Shown here: piece by piece, positions 59,933 through 64,000 of the stretch
How positions within the stretch are numbered: the first letter of the stretch is position 1
How the letters are laid out: each line of letters starts with the position of its first letter
From: an uncultured Clostridiaceae bacterium
Lineage (GTDB): Bacteria; Bacillota; Clostridia; TANB77; CAG-508
Assembly: GCA_946493085.1 (NCBI GenBank)
Contig: CAMMAC010000001.1
Span: 2,593-66,592, forward strand
Length of the DNA stretch: 64,000 bases
Reading direction: 5' to 3'
Made by a program: the position numbers and the translations under genes
Notes under the pieces: generated by a model
The model's input: the letters and a program-made list of their open reading frames with translations, nothing else
What the model was told of the DNA's origin: nothing
Database searches by the model: none

Positions 59933-60478
59933 ATGAGAGAAGAAAAAGGAATGACCTATTTAACATTGTTAATTGTATTAGTAATTCTTGCCATAGTGAT
60001 TGTAGCAATTGTATTTTTTATAAAAGGAGAATATCAACAAGAAACGATAGAAGATAGAAAAACAGATTTATTACTAGTAGAAGGAAAAGTAACTATGTTA
60101 GAAGAAATGGTAGTAGCTAAGAGAGAAGGAGCAACCTATATAGGAAAAAAAGTGGCAGATAATAAAGAAAATGAAAAAATAAAGACCTTATTAGAAAAAG
60201 GAATTATTGCGGAAGAAGAGGAGAATTTTGATAGTTATTACTTATTAGAAAAAGAAGATTTAGATGCGTTAGGACTTTCACAATTAGAGCTAAAAGAAGG
60301 GGAAGCCTATGTAGTGAACTATAAAACAGGAGAAGTTATGATGACAGTACCTGTTACTATAGAAAATACCGAATATTACACTCTATCTAGTATTAGAGAA
60401 AGAGATGAGAAATTAAATGCAGAGGCTGGAGCAAACACAGCGAATGTAGCAGAAACTGAAAATAACGAAGAAGAGTAA
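59933..60478 (+). CDS. Hypothetical protein whose pilin-like N-terminal anchor resembles the variable family
   Basis: MREEKGMTYLTLLIVLVILAIVIVAIVFFIKGE vs family K-E-N-G-I-T-M-I-T-L-A-V-T-I-I-V-L-I-I-L. The remainder is unrelated and acidic. Confidence 0.55.
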   Translation: MREEKGMTYLTLLIVLVILAIVIVAIVFFIKGEYQQETIEDRKTDLLLVEGKVTMLEEMVVAKREGATYIGKKVADNKENEKIKTLLEKGIIAEEEENFDSYYLLEKEDLDALGLSQLELKEGEAYVVNYKTGEVMMTVPVTIENTEYYTLSSIRERDEKLNAEAGANTANVAETENNEEE

Positions 60479-60489
60479 GGAAAATAATT

Positions 60490-61122
60490 ATGAAGGAAAA
60501 AGAAGAAGAAAGATTAAAAGCATTAAAAGAAATAGAAGAAAATTTATACGAGCAAGGATGCCACTCTATTTGCGGTATAGATGAAGCAGGAAGGGGACCA
60601 CTAGCTGGTCCCGTTGTAGTAGCAGCTGTTATTATGCCAAGAAATTCTATGATAGAAGGCGTGAACGATTCTAAAAAAGTATCAGAAAAAAAGAGAGAAG
60701 TCTTATATGAGCAAATTTTGCAAGAAGCTATTAGTTATGGAATAGGTATTATCGACCAAAAAGAAATTGACAATATTAATATTTTAAATGCTACAAAAAA
60801 AGGATTAACAACTGCTGTACAAGCACTAACAGTAAAACCGGATAGAATTATTGTAGATGCCTTAGAACATATAGATACCTGCCATATTCCCTATACTTCT
60901 ATTATAAAAGGAGATGCCAAATGTTATAGTATTGCAGCAGCATCCATTATAGCAAAAGTAACAAGGGATAGAATTATGCGCCAGTGGGATAAAATTTATC
61001 CAAAGTATGGATTTGCCAAGCATAAAGGATATGGAACAAAAGCACATATAGAGGCAATAAAAGAGTATGGATTAACTCCAATCCATCGTCTATCTTTTGT
61101 AAAAAATATTATAGGTAAGTAG
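60490..61122 (+). CDS. rnhB: Ribonuclease HII
   Basis: GIDEAGRGPLAGPVV active-site motif. Confidence 0.92.
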   Translation: MKEKEEERLKALKEIEENLYEQGCHSICGIDEAGRGPLAGPVVVAAVIMPRNSMIEGVNDSKKVSEKKREVLYEQILQEAISYGIGIIDQKEIDNINILNATKKGLTTAVQALTVKPDRIIVDALEHIDTCHIPYTSIIKGDAKCYSIAAASIIAKVTRDRIMRQWDKIYPKYGFAKHKGYGTKAHIEAIKEYGLTPIHRLSFVKNIIGK

Positions 61123-61134
61123 TGAGGAAAACTT

Positions 61135-62439
61135 ATGGATATGATTGAAATCATTCGAAAGAAAAGAGATAAAGAAACTCTAAACAAAGAAGAAATAAAA
61201 TATTTTGTAAAGAATTATACTGCTGGTAAAATTCCAGAAGAACAAGCTGCAGCTCTTATTATGGCAATATACTTAAATGGCATGGAGGAAGAAGAAACAA
61301 AAAATCTTACATTAGCTATGGCCTATTCTGGTGATGTACTGGATTTATCAGGATTAGGAAATGTAGTAGATAAACATAGTACAGGAGGAGTAGGAGATAA
61401 AGTAACGCTTATTTTAATGCCTATTATGGCAGCATTAGGAGTACCAGTAGCCAAAATGTCTGGAAGAGCTTTAGGTTATACAGGTGGAACCATAGATAAA
61501 TTAGAATCCATACCTGGATATAAAGTAAATTTGACAGAGGAAGAGTTTCAAGCTCAGGTACAAAAAATAGGAATTAGTTTAATAGGACAAACCAGTAATT
61601 TAGCACCAGCAGATAAAAAGTTATATGCCTTAAGAGATGTAATCTCCTGTACAGAAAGTATACCACTCATTAGTTCTAGTATTATGAGCAAGAAAATAGC
61701 AGCAGGGGCAGGTTCTATTGTGTTAGAAGTAACTTGTGGCGATGGTGCATTTATGAAAACAAAAGAAGATGCCATTAGTTTAGCAAAAAGTATGCAAAAA
61801 ATAGGTAAGCTATGCCAAAAACAAGTAGTGGCGGTTATTACTAATATGGAAGAACCTTTAGGCTACAGTGTGGGAAATATTTGTGAAGTAATAGAAGCAA
61901 ATAGAGCGTTAAAAGAAGGAATTATAGAAAAAGATTTAAAAGAAGTAATATTTACCTTAGGTGCCTATATGTTGCAACTAGCAGGAAAAGGACAGGATAT
62001 TTCAAAAAATAAAGAACAGATAGAAGAAACTATTCATTCTGGAAGAGCATATCAAAAATGGTTAGAATGGATAGAAGCACAAGGAGGAAATATTCAGTAT
62101 TTGCAAAATCCAAATTTATGGGAAAAAGCAAATTATCAGCTAGAGATTTATGCACCAAAAGAGGGATATATACAAAAAATAAAAGCAAGAGCAGTAGGAG
62201 AAATAGTAGGAAGTTTAGGAGCTGGAAGGCAAACCAAAGAAGATATGATTGATAAAGAAGCGGGAATTGTATTTTATAAAAAAGTGGCAGACAAAGTAGA
62301 AAAGGGAGAAAAAATAGCACAAATATCTACAAATAAGAAAGAAATGTTAGAAATTGTCCAAAAGCAATTGTTAGAAGCTATAGAAATAGGAGAAGGAGAG
62401 CCAAAAAAATTGCCAACGGTTTTAGATATTATAGAGTAA
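61135..62439 (+). CDS. pdp: Pyrimidine-nucleoside (thymidine) phosphorylase
   Basis: 434 aa. DKHSTGGVGD phosphate-binding motif and the glycosyl-transferase family 3 fold. Confidence 0.9.
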   Translation: MDMIEIIRKKRDKETLNKEEIKYFVKNYTAGKIPEEQAAALIMAIYLNGMEEEETKNLTLAMAYSGDVLDLSGLGNVVDKHSTGGVGDKVTLILMPIMAALGVPVAKMSGRALGYTGGTIDKLESIPGYKVNLTEEEFQAQVQKIGISLIGQTSNLAPADKKLYALRDVISCTESIPLISSSIMSKKIAAGAGSIVLEVTCGDGAFMKTKEDAISLAKSMQKIGKLCQKQVVAVITNMEEPLGYSVGNICEVIEANRALKEGIIEKDLKEVIFTLGAYMLQLAGKGQDISKNKEQIEETIHSGRAYQKWLEWIEAQGGNIQYLQNPNLWEKANYQLEIYAPKEGYIQKIKARAVGEIVGSLGAGRQTKEDMIDKEAGIVFYKKVADKVEKGEKIAQISTNKKEMLEIVQKQLLEAIEIGEGEPKKLPTVLDIIE

Positions 62440-62447
62440 AAAATAAA

Positions 62448-62490
62448 AGTTCACTTAGGGGGAATCCTTTTTGTTCCCTTAAGTGAACTT
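62448..62490 (+). terminator. Palindrome family variant acting as the pdp terminator
   Basis: AAGTTCACTTAGGGGGAAtcctttttgTTCCCTTAAGTGAACTTCTTTTG. Confidence 0.65.
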
Positions 62491-62524
62491 CTTTTGCACC
62501 TATCATCTAAAAAAGTAAACAAAA

Positions 62525-62794
62525 TTATAACTGAATACTAATATTTCCTTTATCTGGTCTGATAAGAGTTTGTGAAAAAGAATATAATTCGTCCGATTCC
62601 ATAAAACGATTTAAATCATTCATGGCAATTCCTGTTTCGCAGGATAAGGATTCTAAGGAAGTAGGCACTTCTGTTTGTGCTAGAAAGCTTTTTAATTTAC
62701 TCATATCTACTTTATCTTTTTCTTCACATTTTGGGCAAACAAAGCTATTAGAAGCAAAGAAAGCACCGCAACGTTTACATTTTTTTAATTCCAT
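62525..62794 (-). CDS. Small zinc-ribbon protein (CxxC...CxxC)
   Basis: CKRCGAFFASNSFVCPKC at the N-terminus. Function unknown. Confidence 0.55.
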   Translation of the reverse strand: MELKKCKRCGAFFASNSFVCPKCEEKDKVDMSKLKSFLAQTEVPTSLESLSCETGIAMNDLNRFMESDELYSFSQTLIRPDKGNISIQL

Positions 62795-62928
62795 ACAAAA
62801 AACCTCCTATAATAACAAAAAAGTTTATCATTTGAAACGTATTGTATCACATCTTGTCAGAAAATGAAACAAAAAAATAAAAAAATTTAAAAAGTACTTG
62901 ATTTTTAAAATAAGCATATATATAATAA

Positions 62929-62943
62929 TGATAATCGTTATCA
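62929..62943 (+). promoter_or_regulatory. Fur/PerR-type box TGATAATCGTTATCA overlapping the perR promoter (-10 TATAAT at 62921-62926)
   Basis: 7-1-7 inverted repeat matching the Fur-family consensus TGATAATnATTATCA in 13 of 15 positions. Confidence 0.6.
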
Positions 62944-62958
62944 AAACAAGGAGGAAAA

Positions 62959-63372
62959 ATGAAAAAATATAGTAGACAAAGAGAAATGATATTGCAATCA
63001 TTAAGAAACCGAGTAGACCATCCAACGGCAGAAACATTGTATGCAGACATCAAAACACAAATGCCCGAAATTGGAATTGCAACGGTATATCGTAATTTGT
63101 CAGACTTATGTGAGACTGGTCAAATCGTTAAAATAAAGTCTAAAAATGGACCGGACAGATTTGATGGAAATCCAGAACCACATATTCATTTTGAATGTAA
63201 TAGCTGTCATGAAATATATGATATCTATATTCATGATGTACAAACTAAAAAAATGGATAACGAAATACAAAGACTAGCAGAAAACATTGGTGCAGAAGCA
63301 GAGAGTAGCAATATTTGGATTTATGGTTTTTGCAAAAAATGTAAACTGCTAAAAAATATTAATAATTTATAA
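62959..63372 (+). CDS. perR: Fur-family peroxide-responsive repressor (PerR-like)
   Basis: DNA-binding helix ...TVYRNL..., HxH and CxxC...CxxC metal sites. Directly upstream of rubrerythrin. Confidence 0.8.
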   Translation: MKKYSRQREMILQSLRNRVDHPTAETLYADIKTQMPEIGIATVYRNLSDLCETGQIVKIKSKNGPDRFDGNPEPHIHFECNSCHEIYDIYIHDVQTKKMDNEIQRLAENIGAEAESSNIWIYGFCKKCKLLKNINNL

Positions 63373-63385
63373 GGAGGAATTTAGA

Positions 63386-63934
63386 ATGAAAGCATATGTA
63401 TGTAAAGTATGTGGCTATGTACACATTGGAGAAGAAGCTCCAGAAAAATGTCCACAATGTGGAGCAGGAAAGGAAATGTTTGTATTAAAAGAAGAAACAG
63501 ACAAAAAAGATTATGCAGATGAACATAGAATTGGTGTAGCACAAGGATTAGATGAAGAAGTAGTAAAAGGATTAAGAGATAACTTTAATGGAGAATGTTC
63601 GGAAGTAGGAATGTACCTTGCTATGAGCCGTCAAGCAGATAGAGAGGGATATCCAGAAATTGCAGAAGCATTTAAAAGATATGCATGGGAAGAAGCAGAA
63701 CATGCAGCAAAATTTGCAGAATTATTAGGAGAATTAGTATATCCAGATACAAAGAAAAATGTAACATTAAGAGCAGCTGCAGAGCAAGGGGCTTGTATGG
63801 GTAAAAAAGAATTAGCAACAAGAGCAAAAGAACTAGGATATGATGCTATCCATGATACTGTACACGAAATGTGCAAAGACGAGGCAAGACATGGAAGAGG
63901 ATTTGACGGATTATTAAAAAGATATTTCAACTAA
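63386..63934 (+). CDS. Reverse rubrerythrin (N-terminal rubredoxin-like CxxC..CxxC plus a ferritin-like diiron domain)
   Basis: CKVCGYV...CPQCG followed by E..EXXH diiron ligand motifs (EEAEHAAKF; EARHGRGF). Confidence 0.85.
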   Translation: MKAYVCKVCGYVHIGEEAPEKCPQCGAGKEMFVLKEETDKKDYADEHRIGVAQGLDEEVVKGLRDNFNGECSEVGMYLAMSRQADREGYPEIAEAFKRYAWEEAEHAAKFAELLGELVYPDTKKNVTLRAAAEQGACMGKKELATRAKELGYDAIHDTVHEMCKDEARHGRGFDGLLKRYFN

Positions 63935-63939
63935 TCAAC

Positions 63940-63971
63940 TTTGAACTTTGGGAATGTTCCTCAAAGTTCAA
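63940..63971 (+). terminator. GAACTTTAGGG palindrome family member after rubrerythrin
   Basis: TTGAACTTTGGGAAtgTTCCTCAAAGTTCAAAAAAAT. Confidence 0.6.
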
Positions 63972-64000
63972 AAAAATAAAAAATTTAATCTATTCGACAA

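Noticed and set aside
62622-62867. 81-aa plus-strand ORF overlapping the minus-strand zinc-ribbon gene
   Set aside because: Antisense to a gene that has clear CxxC motifs. It has no RBS.
1-64000. CRISPR arrays, tRNA/rRNA genes, transposases or integrases
   Set aside because: No regularly spaced direct repeats with unique spacers were found. No cloverleaf-like GC-rich 75-90-nt segments were seen in intergenic regions. No ORF with a DDE or tyrosine-recombinase signature was recognised in the six-frame track.

Overview
This is a low-GC (about 30%) Firmicutes/Clostridia-like chromosomal segment. Housekeeping backbone: fusA (5' end cut by the window), tuf, an OmpR-type two-component system, lepB, holB, a PSP1/RicT-like gene, ferredoxin, a yefM-yoeB toxin-antitoxin pair, a four-subunit 2-oxoacid:ferredoxin oxidoreductase (minus strand), an SH3b-NlpC/P60 hydrolase, comEC, pgsA, clpE-like, topB, minD-minE-rodA, dusB, mazF, an HD-GYP protein, smc, mntP, a frameshifted Ca-type P-type ATPase, an esterase, nagZ, an M23 peptidase, a frameshifted htrA, rnhB, pdp and perR-rubrerythrin. 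No rRNA, tRNA, CRISPR array or transposase was recognised. The standout feature is a dispersed multigene family at three loci (about 8.9-13.7 kb, 22.0-23.7 kb and 46.7-48.6 kb). Its members encode proteins with a conserved ~150-aa N-terminal module that begins with a pilin-like hydrophobic segment (K-x-N-G-I-T-M-I-T-L-A-V-T-I-I-V-L-I-I-L-A-G-V-S, with no Glu at +5). Their C-terminal domains are unrelated to one another. At least four copies look intact. The others are truncated, frameshifted, promoterless or 5'-deleted, as expected for a gene-conversion or antigenic-variation reservoir. Each copy is preceded by one of two conserved leaders. Type 1 carries a near-consensus TTGAAA-17-TATAAT promoter. 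Type 2 carries a hairpin that sequesters the Shine-Dalgarno sequence and shows compensatory base changes between copies. Other points of interest: two short dispersed repeat families, one REP-like composite palindrome and one GAACTTTAGGG...CCTTAAAGTTC terminator palindrome; a compositionally foreign (about 50% GC) small secreted Cys-rich protein flanked by 11-bp inverted repeats next to a very AT-rich FtsX-type ABC transporter; a mazF with no adjacent antitoxin; and a minE with a long acidic extension.
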